NCBI GenBank assembly: GCA_001793155.1 | Contig: MGHI01000040.1 | Location: forward strand, 3,209-67,208 | DNA length: 64,000 bases | Reading direction: 5' to 3' | Origin: Candidatus Woesebacteria bacterium RIFCSPLOWO2_01_FULL_39_61 | GTDB taxonomy: Bacteria > Patescibacteriota > Microgenomatia > UBA8517 | Part shown: piece by piece, positions 27,906-37,183 of the stretch | How positions within the stretch are numbered: the first letter of the stretch is position 1 | Layout of the letters: each line of letters begins with the position of its first letter | Translations under genes and position numbers: made by a program | The notes under the pieces: generated by a model | Told to the model about the DNA's origin: nothing | What the model saw: only the letters and a program-made list of their open reading frames with translations | Databases searched by the model: none

Positions 27906-29106
27906 ATAAAAATACACTAAGAAAAAGGTAAAAATTAAAAAGCGAACTAAGCAATATCACAAATTTTATTTTTATTGATAGTTGTCGAGGCTTAATCGAG
28001 TATAAAAGGAGAAGAAATAAAAAGGGCAAAACATCGATCATGTATCTCGGTCCGACCTGTGTCCATCCTGGTGAATAATACGTAAAGAGAATTGTAACTA
28101 TTATCAAAATTGTCAAAAGCGATAGCCTAACTATCCTTTTTTTAAAATTAGCTCTAAAGACACTAAGGAATATTGGAGAAACTACAAAGAAACTTGTCCC
28201 GGGCTCAACTACTTTCAGAAAGGGTAATTTAGGGATTAATTTCGATATTAGAATGTTTCTATTTTCTACAAAACTAACTTCAAAGGTTTTAATAAAATAG
28301 TAGTAGAAGTTCATTGGAATATTACTAAAGGCAAATAAACTATTTCCAGTTGGAAAACTTGTAACTTTCGTATAGCCGCTGTCTAAAAAATTTCCGAACC
28401 GTAAGTAGTTATAAATCATAAGTACAAAAACCATCAATACATACGGGGTAGAAAGGCTTGCCAACTTAGCAAATTTTTCTCTTAACCTATATTTAGGGTT
28501 AAGAAAAATTTCAAATATGAAAAACATTATCGTCAAACCGGTAATAAATCTGGAAGCAAGGGCTAAAGCAGAAAAAAATCCAATAACAAAATACCTCTTC
28601 TTCCCTAAAAATTCATAAATTGCTAATAGGACAAAAAAAACACCCACAGATTGAGACAAATAAGAGCTTATTGGAATAACAGATATACTCTGATAGACGG
28701 AAGCCAGACAAAAAGCATAAGCAAGGTATAAAGAGTCCTTAGTATTATATTTGAAAGATTTGGATATGCGAAAACAAATGAAAAGAGCACCCAAGAAAAC
28801 AAAAACATGAAGAAGGCTTTGATAAAAAGGAGCTTTAAATAAGTCAGAAATAAAAACAAAAGGAATAAGTAAAATCGCAGGCGTCGGACCCTGATGAAGA
28901 TAGTATTTCCCGTCGTAGAGTACGTAGTCTTCCTGAATCGATGTGTGTACTAAATATAATCTTTTATTGATAAATGACCTGGCCAATTCGGTGTAACCTG
29001 AAAAGTCTCCGATAACGTTAATATATAAATTAAATATTAATATAAGAGAGGTAAAAATAATTAGAAAAATCAATATCAATTTTGATGAATAATGTCTATG
29101 CTCCAT
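27904..29106 (-). CDS. Polytopic membrane protein, GT-C-like (paralog group C)
   Basis: 400 aa. Motif FINKRLYLVHTSIQEDYVLYDGKYYLHQGPTPAILLIPFVFI. Confidence 0.45.
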   Translation of the reverse strand: MEHRHYSSKLILIFLIIFTSLILIFNLYINVIGDFSGYTELARSFINKRLYLVHTSIQEDYVLYDGKYYLHQGPTPAILLIPFVFISDLFKAPFYQSLLHVFVFLGALFICFRISKSFKYNTKDSLYLAYAFCLASVYQSISVIPISSYLSQSVGVFFVLLAIYEFLGKKRYFVIGFFSALALASRFITGLTIMFFIFEIFLNPKYRLREKFAKLASLSTPYVLMVFVLMIYNYLRFGNFLDSGYTKVTSFPTGNSLFAFSNIPMNFYYYFIKTFEVSFVENRNILISKLIPKLPFLKVVEPGTSFFVVSPIFLSVFRANFKKRIVRLSLLTILIIVTILFTYYSPGWTQVGPRYMIDVLPFLFLLLLYSIKPRQLSIKIKFVILLSSLFNFYLFLSVFL

Positions 29107-29130
29107 ATTATCAGTATTAAAATGTTTCTC

Positions 29131-30351
29131 TTAAACAAACATTTGTGCATTTCCAATCATACGCGCTATAAATAAATACAAATTAAACAAGGAGCTAAAA
29201 ATTATTAATGTCTTTGCAAATGTGGAAACATTTTGTTTTCTAAATGAAAATAAAAGCATAATAAATGCAAAGGGTAATAAATCAAGCAGATAACGAGGCC
29301 CCAACTGATAGTCTTCCCCTGAATAATAAAAAAGTAGTAAAGCCAAAAGTATGATTATCGAAGCTAGCAAAGATGATTTCACAAGTTTATTTTTTATCTT
29401 TACCTTTAAGAGATAAAAAAATACCGGAGATACTACAAAAAAGCTGGTACTGGGATAGGCAACAAGGTGGGGTATATTAAGTGTTATACCACCAAGTACT
29501 ACTTGCTTATTATTGAGAATATAAACCTGTAAGCCTTTTAAAAAATAGGTATAAAAATTATTGCGAAGATACCTGATTCCGAAAAGCGGGTCTCCTACCG
29601 GAAGAGTTGGATTATTTATTAAATAACCAGTCTCAAAAAAACTCTCGAATCTGACAAAATTATAAATTAGCAAAAGCACACCCGCAAATCCGATTGGAAG
29701 TAATAGATAAAACAAATCCCTAATTTTATTTTTCAGTGAAGATTTACTATATAAGATATCGAAGACAAAAAAGGCTAAACCTAAAATCGTAAATGCCCTA
29801 GTTGCCAAAACCAAAGATAATAAAACACCTGTAAGAAAATGTTTTCTGTAAAAAAGATATATATAGATTGCCAAAAGCATAAAAAAGACGCTTATTTCTT
29901 GGCCAAAGAACCAGCTAACTGAAAAAAAGGCTATAAACTGGAAAACCGAAGCAAAACAAAATGCGTAAGCGAGGTATCTAGAATTTTCGCCCCCGAATTT
30001 AAAATACCGCGCGATTTTATAACAAAGTATAAAAATTCCCAAGCTTATAAAAAACTGCAAATATCCTTGCTTGAAGTTAAGTCCAACGATATCAAAGACG
30101 AATACGAAAGGCATCAAGATAACTGCAGGCAGAGGTCCTTGATGCCAATAGTGCTTTGAATCATATAAAACCAAATCCATCTCCTTATAGCCATCTGGAA
30201 AATACAATTTGCCTTCCAAAAAGGATTGCGAAAGAGCTAAATACTGATCGTTGATGTTTATTTTCAAATTTAAAGCGAAGACTAAACTAAAAAAAACGAC
30301 CAAAAAAATATCTACAATTATTTCAGGAAAGTGAATTTTAGCTAAGCGCAT
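29131..30351 (-). CDS. Polytopic membrane protein, GT-C-like (paralog group C)
   Basis: 406 aa. Motif FLEGKLYFPDGYKEMDLVLYDSKHYWHQGPLPAVILMPFVFV. Confidence 0.45.
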   Translation of the reverse strand: MRLAKIHFPEIIVDIFLVVFFSLVFALNLKININDQYLALSQSFLEGKLYFPDGYKEMDLVLYDSKHYWHQGPLPAVILMPFVFVFDIVGLNFKQGYLQFFISLGIFILCYKIARYFKFGGENSRYLAYAFCFASVFQFIAFFSVSWFFGQEISVFFMLLAIYIYLFYRKHFLTGVLLSLVLATRAFTILGLAFFVFDILYSKSSLKNKIRDLFYLLLPIGFAGVLLLIYNFVRFESFFETGYLINNPTLPVGDPLFGIRYLRNNFYTYFLKGLQVYILNNKQVVLGGITLNIPHLVAYPSTSFFVVSPVFFYLLKVKIKNKLVKSSLLASIIILLALLLFYYSGEDYQLGPRYLLDLLPFAFIMLLFSFRKQNVSTFAKTLIIFSSLFNLYLFIARMIGNAQMFV

Positions 30352-30452
30352 AATTTATTTTAGTAAATATTCTTTTAAATATACTGGAAGAATTAAACTT
30401 ACTGAAGATAGAGCAACCCAACGAAGGCGGGCTAAGTGGGACGAGTTTCGTA

Positions 30453-30947
30453 CTAGTTTTCTAAATATTTGAGCAAAAATACTGCAGAGTTTCCTTTTCC
30501 ATATTGATAATCTTTAATCCAACCCGCATCTTCATAACCATTCTTTTTATAAAAGTTAACGACCCCATCATCTCCTTTGTTAGTGTAAACAAACATTTTA
30601 CGAGCCCCTTTACTATGAGCATATTCTTCTAGTTTGCCAAGAATTTTAGATCCGACTCCCTTGCCTGCATGTTCGGGATTAACTGCTGCGATTACTATTA
30701 CCCATTTCTCGATTCCTTCATTTCCATTTATGGGATTTTCCTGTTGAGCATAGGTCATACCCAATATTTCATTGTCATCAGATAATGCTAATACACAAGC
30801 GCCTTTTTCTTCATGGATAGCTTTAACCATTTCTGTAAAGGAAAACCATTGTTCCACTGACGAATCTGGTGTTGCAGAAAAAGCCTTTCTAGCGATAGCT
30901 TCGATTGGTTCTATATCTTGGTTAACGTTGAATAATTCTGTTCGCAT
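30453..30947 (-). CDS. GNAT family N-acetyltransferase
   Basis: 164 aa. Acetyl-CoA binding motif region VIVIAAVNPEHAGKGVGSKILGKLEEYA. Confidence 0.7.
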   Translation of the reverse strand: MRTELFNVNQDIEPIEAIARKAFSATPDSSVEQWFSFTEMVKAIHEEKGACVLALSDDNEILGMTYAQQENPINGNEGIEKWVIVIAAVNPEHAGKGVGSKILGKLEEYAHSKGARKMFVYTNKGDDGVVNFYKKNGYEDAGWIKDYQYGKGNSAVFLLKYLEN

Positions 30948-31216
30948 ATATAAAGTGTATCATCGGGAGTTCGAAAATAGTCCGATTAAACGTTTTGGGG
31001 CGGTGCCTAGTTGACTATGTTGGAACCTTTTTTAAAGAACAACTTGAAAGTATTTCCATTACTCCACGGCCAAGATTGGCACTGCAACGAGTCTGATTAT
31101 ACTAAATTCGGGCACGCATTAGTAAGCGAACTTCGAACTTTATGATATTAGGTTGATGGATATTTCTCAAAAAGTATTCGAAGCCTTGCAGAAAGAATTG
31201 GAGGTTTAAGCTATGG

Positions 31217-32548
31217 TTATAGCTTTAATACATAACTTTCATAACCATTGTATGGCTGTGTTTTGCCTTCAAAATTCACATTTATCTTTAACTCAGATTC
31301 TCCACTTCCAGTAAATGTTATGTTTTTAGTCAACTCACGAGATTGTCCAGAAGTCAAATCTATATTTTGAAAGTTCTCGGTGGCTAAAACTTTCACCTCA
31401 CCATCTGTGGTGAAGCCATCATTTGTTCTTTTGTAGGGGGTTTGTGAAATTGACAAAGATTTTAGAACAGCATTCTCTTTACTAACATTCGTCAGCTCAA
31501 TATCAAAGACATTACTAACTCCACTCTTGATTGGTCTTTTATACTTAATCTTCATCACAATCTTATTACTGTAACGCAAATCACTCCATATAAGCCCTTG
31601 TTCTGATGGATATTCTGTGGGAGCATATAAACTACTTTCAAAGACCAGTAAATCACCATCAAGCTTAACCTCTGAATTTATAGAATAGTTTTCACCTTTG
31701 GAACGGAAATCGCAATCTTTCACTGGTTCTTCTCTATGCGTTTGTCCTTCTCTTAAAGACCATAAACCAGCTTGAGAACATTCTCCATTATTGAAGTTTG
31801 CTACATACTTTCCATCTTTCAAAAATTCGATTTCAGTTGGTAATCTAAATAAATCTAAATCGTTAGTTTTCTTCCATTTTTTTGCTGTAAGCTTGTTAAA
31901 TAAATCAGAAGTATTTACCCTCGGCAGGTTATCAGCTGTATATGTGTTACCACTATCTGTAATCGCTTCACATTTACCTAACCTTTCACCTGCCAATGAA
32001 ATTCGGTCACTTTTTATTACAAATCCCCAAGCGTCACCAGAACTTAAAAAGATTACTCCTGAATCTGAACCGCTTGCTTCAAAGTTCCAATTACCTTGAC
32101 CTGAACCTTCTGGATAATCTGAAAAGTGTGACCATTTGTAAGTTCCGTTTTTAGTAAAAGCGTAGTTTTTTGCAGTAGGTGCAAGCATACTTTTCCCTGA
32201 AATATCATCTTTATTGCACCAAGTGTTAGCAGTCAGTTTATCAAACAGAGTTCCTTTGTCTAAACTTGAAGCTGTTGGCTGCGAAGATGTCGTATCAAAG
32301 TTAGATGGAATACTTTTATTTGATAACTTTGTGGGTAACAGATTAGATTTTGTAGCAAGCAAATAACCAACTACCCCAATTACTGTCACAAGAAATAAAA
32401 CTCCCAAAATGATGAGAATTGAGCCTTTTTGGTTTTTTATTAGACTTCGGAAAGTGGATTGAGATTGAATTAGTGATTTAGAAGGATTTACAGGCTGATT
32501 ATAATTGTCCACTTCCATATAGTTATAGTATTTCAAATACGAGGGCAA
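31217..32548 (-). CDS. Hypothetical membrane-anchored extracytoplasmic protein
   Basis: 443 aa. N-terminal signal-anchor helix (ILIILGVLFLVTVIGVVGYLL), then a beta-rich Ser/Thr/Asn-rich domain. Confidence 0.45.
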   Translation of the reverse strand: MPSYLKYYNYMEVDNYNQPVNPSKSLIQSQSTFRSLIKNQKGSILIILGVLFLVTVIGVVGYLLATKSNLLPTKLSNKSIPSNFDTTSSQPTASSLDKGTLFDKLTANTWCNKDDISGKSMLAPTAKNYAFTKNGTYKWSHFSDYPEGSGQGNWNFEASGSDSGVIFLSSGDAWGFVIKSDRISLAGERLGKCEAITDSGNTYTADNLPRVNTSDLFNKLTAKKWKKTNDLDLFRLPTEIEFLKDGKYVANFNNGECSQAGLWSLREGQTHREEPVKDCDFRSKGENYSINSEVKLDGDLLVFESSLYAPTEYPSEQGLIWSDLRYSNKIVMKIKYKRPIKSGVSNVFDIELTNVSKENAVLKSLSISQTPYKRTNDGFTTDGEVKVLATENFQNIDLTSGQSRELTKNITFTGSGESELKINVNFEGKTQPYNGYESYVLKL

Positions 32549-32895
32549 AATACAATGAGTTTTTCATAGGGGGTATACCACCCCATTTTTGACCATCCAA
32601 AACCCATTATGACCTTTCTCCAATCCGTAGCATATTTTTGAAAACTGGTAATTGCTGAACTCGTGCTTCAAGGGTATCTTTTGGTACCCTTAACTTCACA
32701 CTATGTAAGTCCGCACCATCATTATATTAAGTACTCTAATATAATAGTTATATTGATAAGTATAAAGAGATATACGCCATGCTATTTTGACAAGTGTTAG
32801 CTTCAAAGGTCTTAAATATGCTTGTGTCTCTATAAAACTTCTGAAAGTTATGGGACTTTAAGCTATAATCAGAGCACAAATTAGATGGAAATGGT

Positions 32896-33468
32896 ATGGA
32901 TAATAAAGTTAATAGTGAAGCAATCAGTCTTGTTAAAAAAATCCTAAGAATAACTTCTCCTACTGGTAAGATACCAGCATTAATTATCCAACCACGCAAT
33001 AAAGTAACACGAAATAATAGTAATGCAATTTATTATTCAAACCCCCATGTCATAGATTTCCTGGTGTCAGAAAGTGTAATTAGAGTTATCAATATCTTAA
33101 AGAAAGATGCTGCCCCAAAGGATTTTTCATTCAAAGTTTCTTTTAGGAGAAATGAGGCAGAAGAATTCCTGTATGTTATTTGTCATGGAGACTTCTCCTG
33201 GGATAAAAGAGATGGAACTTGGACTTACAAAGACAGGTCATATCCTTTTAAGCTGGGTACTGGACAATATAGGTTGATAAATCTATTTATGGAGAATCAG
33301 AATACTCACTTTACGGAGGATGAGATTATTACAACTTACAGTTCAAAAAGAGAAGACGATATTAAACGATTGACAAATGACTTAATAAAAGAAATTAGAA
33401 GGCCGTTGAAGATACCGAAAAAGCACTTCATTCCTGGAGATGGCTATATCTTCAAACCCATCCTTTGA
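32896..33468 (+). CDS. Hypothetical protein with C-terminal winged-helix (OmpR/PhoB Trans_reg_C-like) segment
   Basis: 190 aa. C-terminal YRLINLFMENQNTHFTEDEIITTYS...DIKRLTNDLIKEIRRPL resembles the wHTH of OmpR-family effectors. Confidence 0.35.
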   Translation: MDNKVNSEAISLVKKILRITSPTGKIPALIIQPRNKVTRNNSNAIYYSNPHVIDFLVSESVIRVINILKKDAAPKDFSFKVSFRRNEAEEFLYVICHGDFSWDKRDGTWTYKDRSYPFKLGTGQYRLINLFMENQNTHFTEDEIITTYSSKREDDIKRLTNDLIKEIRRPLKIPKKHFIPGDGYIFKPIL

Positions 33469-33545
33469 TATTCCTTAATCTTCTCCAATTCTTCCCCAAT
33501 TAATTTCGTATCAACTTCGCAAAATATCGCCTATTCTTCCAGTAT

Positions 33546-33740
33546 ATGGGAAGCTCGCAATCCATTACCTGGTTGAGTCTTGAACTTCAAGAGGAAATTA
33601 GAAAGCACTTCCAGCCTAAGTACAAACAGCCATTAACTGACGAACGAGTAATAAGAATTGCCGATAATCTGACCTCTGTAATGGAAGTTTTGCTCAAGAT
33701 GAGATGGAGACAAAAGTATGGAAATCTTTCAAGACCTTAA
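33546..33740 (+). CDS. Hypothetical small protein
   Basis: 64-aa ORF, no recognisable family. Confidence 0.3.
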   Translation: MGSSQSITWLSLELQEEIRKHFQPKYKQPLTDERVIRIADNLTSVMEVLLKMRWRQKYGNLSRP

Positions 33741-34089
33741 TATCACAGAACCATTTATTCAGAAACACTTCATTAAGTATCCACAGGCCTCTATAAGTTT
33801 TGTCTTTCGCAAGTTGAGAAACAGGCAAAGTTTGTCTTTCTTTGGTGATTATCCCCTCATTTCAGTTGTTGTTGCGACCATGCGAGAAATGGGCATTCCT
33901 GTCAAAAGAAGGATGCTCCGTAAAACTTTTAATCAATCGAAGGAATTGAGGGGGAAGATTACACTTCTCGACCAACTTTTAAGTGATGAAATCCCGCACA
34001 AAGATTTAGCTGGAATACCCTACAACACACGATATAGTGGCAAGACGACTATTGCATCATCCAAAGGAGGAAATGCCCATGAAATCTGA
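33718..34089 (+). CDS. Hypothetical protein
   Basis: 123-aa ORF, no recognisable family. Confidence 0.3.
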   Translation: MEIFQDLNITEPFIQKHFIKYPQASISFVFRKLRNRQSLSFFGDYPLISVVVATMREMGIPVKRRMLRKTFNQSKELRGKITLLDQLLSDEIPHKDLAGIPYNTRYSGKTTIASSKGGNAHEI

Positions 34090-34315
34090 TTTTTTTATTA
34101 CAAAAGACCTGGGACTTTCAGGAGCCTTACATTCAAAAGGAGTAAAACTCGTGCGAGTAGATAGGCAGGGGAAATTGTGTTTCTTTGTATTTGAGAATCG
34201 TTCTTTATGCGAATCACTCCAGCAACAGTTTTATGCCAAAACTCTTGATGTAGATGCTTTGGAATATACAAACAGCTTGAGGGTCTTAAAAGACCTTGTT
34301 TTTTCAAGGAGTTAA
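34079..34315 (+). CDS. DUF5659-like small phage-associated protein
   Basis: Start moved to the ATG at 34079, which has RBS AAGGAGG 9 nt upstream. MKSDFFITKDLGLSGALHSKGVKLVRVDRQGKLCFFVFEN...VDALEY..SLRVLKD matches the DUF5659 pattern (TkDLyLaa.L...G.kL..i.r.g....FvFe). Confidence 0.45.
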   Translation: MKSDFFITKDLGLSGALHSKGVKLVRVDRQGKLCFFVFENRSLCESLQQQFYAKTLDVDALEYTNSLRVLKDLVFSRS

Positions 34316-34327
34316 GCTAAAGAAATT

Positions 34328-34639
34328 ATGGAAATGTCAGATGAACATGTCAAAATCCGAGTTTTTATTAAAGACAAGGGCAACTTGTTAGCGAATGCGA
34401 CTATATCCCTTGAAACCGTATATTTTGGTTTTATTACAATCAAAGACTTTCAAATCTGGCGAAGTCAAAATCTCAACAGCAGACTCCAAGAATACATCAA
34501 CATCAAACCTCTACAGAGAAATGTTTATGGCAAGTGGCTAGACAGAGTATTTTTTGAAGATACAGAGAAATGGTACGAGCTAGAAGCAAAAATTTACGAT
34601 GCTTATTTTATGGCTCGAAGTAAAGCAAGTGATAAGTGA
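34328..34639 (+). CDS. SpoVG-like small protein
   Basis: 103 aa. MEMSDEHVKIRVFIKDKGNLLANATISLETVYFGFITIKDFQIW aligns with the SpoVG N-terminus (ME.TDV.L.RV...GRMRA.ASITLD.EFVVH.IRVIDG). Confidence 0.4.
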   Translation: MEMSDEHVKIRVFIKDKGNLLANATISLETVYFGFITIKDFQIWRSQNLNSRLQEYINIKPLQRNVYGKWLDRVFFEDTEKWYELEAKIYDAYFMARSKASDK

Positions 34640-34924
34640 ACATAGTAACTATGTAGGATATAGGAACCAGTATAGTAACGCTTTCCCTTACAAGGAAATC
34701 TTGCTTATTACTTTATAGAGTTCGTTACTTTATTAGTCATTGTTACTTGTTAGTTATAGTTACTGTAGTGTTTCAAGTAAGATTATGAGATTAAATATAG
34801 CTTGCAACCGAACCTAAAACTTGAGATAATGAGACTGTGCTCAGGGAAATAGGTGAAGTTTTTTAATGCCCTCGTAGGACAGGACTTCACCGTTCTGAGC
34901 ACAACCTGCGGGGGCATTTAAGTT

Positions 34925-36436
34925 ATGGACAAACTTATACACATTCAGTATTCAAGGAAATCATCAGAGGAAGAAGAACGCCAAGCATTATCTATCGAGG
35001 CACAAGAAAGAGAACTGACAGACTTTGCTGACAGGGTTAAGTTTGAAGTAATAAAACCACGACTGGTTGAGACAAAATCTGCACACAAACCTGGTCGTGG
35101 AATCTTCAACGAGATGCTAGACAAAATTGAACGAGGTGAAGCTAATGCAATCCTTTGTTGGAAGTTAGACAGACTCGCTCGCAATGCTCTTGATGGTGGG
35201 AGAATTGTGTGGTTGATGGATGAAGGCAAATTGAAACAGATAGATACTCCCTACAAATCATTTAAAAATACTGCTGACGATAAGTTTTTGATGAGCATTG
35301 AGTTTGGTATGAGTAAGAAATACTCTGATGATTTAAGCGACAATGTTAAACGAGGAATTAGACAAAAGTACGAGCTTGGACAATACCCAAATCTTGCACC
35401 AATTGGTTACATCAACATGAAGATTGATGGTGTAATTAACATCTACCCAGACCCAGAACGCAAAGATTTAGTTATCAGAATCTTCGTTGAATATGCTACT
35501 GGAAAGTACTCACTTGGAGGATTAACTGATATGGTTTTCAAGTGGGGTCTAAGAACTCGAAGGAATAAACCAATCAGTAAATCTCATCTTCACAGAATCT
35601 TGCAAAATCCCCTGTATCATGGCCAATTTGAACATGGTGGAGAGTTACACAATGGCAGCTACGAACCACTCATCACAAAGAAATTATTTGATGATGTTCA
35701 GGCAGTATTAAACGACAGAAGTAAACCGAAGAAGATTGATAATGAATGGCCGTATGCTGGACTTATCAAATGTGGTTGCGGATGTGGTGCATCAGTTATC
35801 TTTGAAACAAAGAAGAAGTATTATAAAAAGACTGATAGAAATGCTGAATATACTTACGCACGTTCAAGCAGAAGATGCAGCAAATGTGCTCAACAAGGGA
35901 TAACTCTTAAAGAACTTGAGCAGATGATTGACGAGAAACTAATTCCTGTCTCAATTGATGAGGATACTTGGAGATTGGGAATTAAACTCCTTAATGCGAA
36001 GTACGATTCAGAGGCGAAACACAGAGCACAAGTTGTTGAAAGTCAACAAAGACAGTACCAGAGAATCCAATCTGAACTTGATGGATATTTTAAGATGCGG
36101 GCACGGGAGGAGATGACAAGCGATGAGTTTGTTGCCAAAAAGAAAGCAATTCTGGAAGAACAGGCAAAATTGAAGGACAAGATTAACGAAGGTTTGGAGG
36201 GTCAAAGGACTTGGTTGGAACTTGCTGAAGATTTCTTTACAACTGCTTACGAGGCACGGAACGTACTTAATAGTGATATTTTGGAAGACAAACGAATGGC
36301 AGTTAAAAAGATTGGTTGGAACCTCTTGTTAATGAACGAAAAGCTCGTCTGGACGTACCAAGAGCCCTATGATGTACTCCTAAAACCCACTTATCGTTCT
36401 GACCTGCGGAGACGAGAGGATTCGAACCTCTGGTAA
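34925..36436 (+). CDS. Large serine recombinase (phage-integrase type)
   Basis: 503 aa. N-terminal resolvase catalytic domain (IQYSRKSSEEEERQALSIEAQ...KSAHKPGRGIFNEML...LCWKLDRLARN), recombinase domain, Cys-rich zinc ribbon (CGCGCG...CSKC), and a C-terminal coiled coil. The 3' end overlaps tRNA-Ser(UGA). Confidence 0.85.
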   Translation: MDKLIHIQYSRKSSEEEERQALSIEAQERELTDFADRVKFEVIKPRLVETKSAHKPGRGIFNEMLDKIERGEANAILCWKLDRLARNALDGGRIVWLMDEGKLKQIDTPYKSFKNTADDKFLMSIEFGMSKKYSDDLSDNVKRGIRQKYELGQYPNLAPIGYINMKIDGVINIYPDPERKDLVIRIFVEYATGKYSLGGLTDMVFKWGLRTRRNKPISKSHLHRILQNPLYHGQFEHGGELHNGSYEPLITKKLFDDVQAVLNDRSKPKKIDNEWPYAGLIKCGCGCGASVIFETKKKYYKKTDRNAEYTYARSSRRCSKCAQQGITLKELEQMIDEKLIPVSIDEDTWRLGIKLLNAKYDSEAKHRAQVVESQQRQYQRIQSELDGYFKMRAREEMTSDEFVAKKKAILEEQAKLKDKINEGLEGQRTWLELAEDFFTTAYEARNVLNSDILEDKRMAVKKIGWNLLLMNEKLVWTYQEPYDVLLKPTYRSDLRRREDSNLW

Positions 36437-36495
36437 CCTCTGCAGGCTACACCGATTTTCAAGATCGGCCCGTTCATCCACTCCGGCACGTCTCC
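36407..36495 (-). tRNA. tRNA-Ser (anticodon UGA)
   Basis: Manual fold: acceptor GGAGACG/CGTCTCC, D-arm CCGGAGTGGATGAACGG, anticodon loop CTTGAAA, long variable arm, T-arm AGAGGTTCGAATCCTCT, discriminator G. Confidence 0.8.
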
Positions 36496-36499
36496 CCGG

Positions 36500-36586
36500 C
36501 GGAGGAGGTGGGATTCGAACCCACGCGAGCTTTTAAGGCTCACGCGCTCTCCAAGCGCGCGGAATGAACCACTATCCGACTCCTCC
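36500..36586 (-). tRNA. tRNA-Ser (anticodon GGA)
   Basis: Manual fold: acceptor GGAGGAG/CTCCTCC, anticodon stem CGCGC/GCGCG with loop TTGGAGA, long variable arm GAGCCTTAAAAGCTC, T-arm GTGGGTTCGAATCCCAC. Confidence 0.75.
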
Positions 36587-36598
36587 GAATATAGCCAA

Positions 36599-37183
36599 TT
36601 ATACCAAACTCTCCTGTATTCCCGAATCTAAAATCTTTTCTGCTTGATCAAGAAATTTTTTCTCTCCAGAAAAGCTAAGCTTTTTTCTTGCCTTCTCAAA
36701 TTCCAACCATTCAACTTTTTCTGTCTCAAATCCAGGACCTTGATGCATATCTTTTATCCATCTCATAAGATAAAAAGTTACAAATTTCAATTTCTTGCCA
36801 CCTTCTTTTGATGTGTAGAAATATCTCTCCGTACCGATTTTTTCTATAATTTTTGCTTCCACACCGCCCTCTTCTCTTACTTCTCTTCGCGCAGCGTTTT
36901 GAAGATCAGCTTCATTTGCTTTTTTCTCTCCCGAGGCCAATGGTCCCGGTTTTTGCCCGTCGTCACAGTCGTCAATCCATCCCTTGGTAAACCTCCAAAC
37001 GTTCCCAGGATAACCCTTGGTGGGACTTGATTTTGCCACTAACCAATATATCCTAACTTTCCTACCTTCCCTTTCTTTTACTTTTTTAAAGACAATTCCT
37101 CCCGCTGAAAATTCCCTGACTATTCCTGGAGCTTGGTTTATATCTAGGGGTTCTTTTTTTTGGCCTTTCTTTCCTTTTTCCAC
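36599..37183 (-). CDS. NUDIX hydrolase
   Basis: 194 aa. Nudix box GEKKANEADLQNAARREVREEGGVEAKI (GX5EX7REVXEEXGV). Confidence 0.7.
   Translation of the reverse strand: MEKGKKGQKKEPLDINQAPGIVREFSAGGIVFKKVKEREGRKVRIYWLVAKSSPTKGYPGNVWRFTKGWIDDCDDGQKPGPLASGEKKANEADLQNAARREVREEGGVEAKIIEKIGTERYFYTSKEGGKKLKFVTFYLMRWIKDMHQGPGFETEKVEWLEFEKARKKLSFSGEKKFLDQAEKILDSGIQESLV

Larger units (their letters stand above)
32550..36436 (+). mobile_element. Putative small integrative element (phage/ICE remnant) ending in a large serine recombinase abutting tRNA-Ser
   Basis: Cluster of phage-type small genes (wHTH, DUF5659, SpoVG-like) followed by a large serine recombinase. The last 30 nt of the recombinase CDS overlap the 3' end of tRNA-Ser(UGA). 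Iteron-like hexamers and nested inverted repeats lie upstream of the recombinase. The left boundary is not defined. Confidence 0.35.

Noticed and set aside
36407-36436. Recombinase/tRNA overlap as an ORF-calling artefact
   Set aside because: Considered that the true recombinase stop might be upstream. However, there is no in-frame stop before 36434, and 503 aa is normal for large serine recombinases. The overlap is kept as real.
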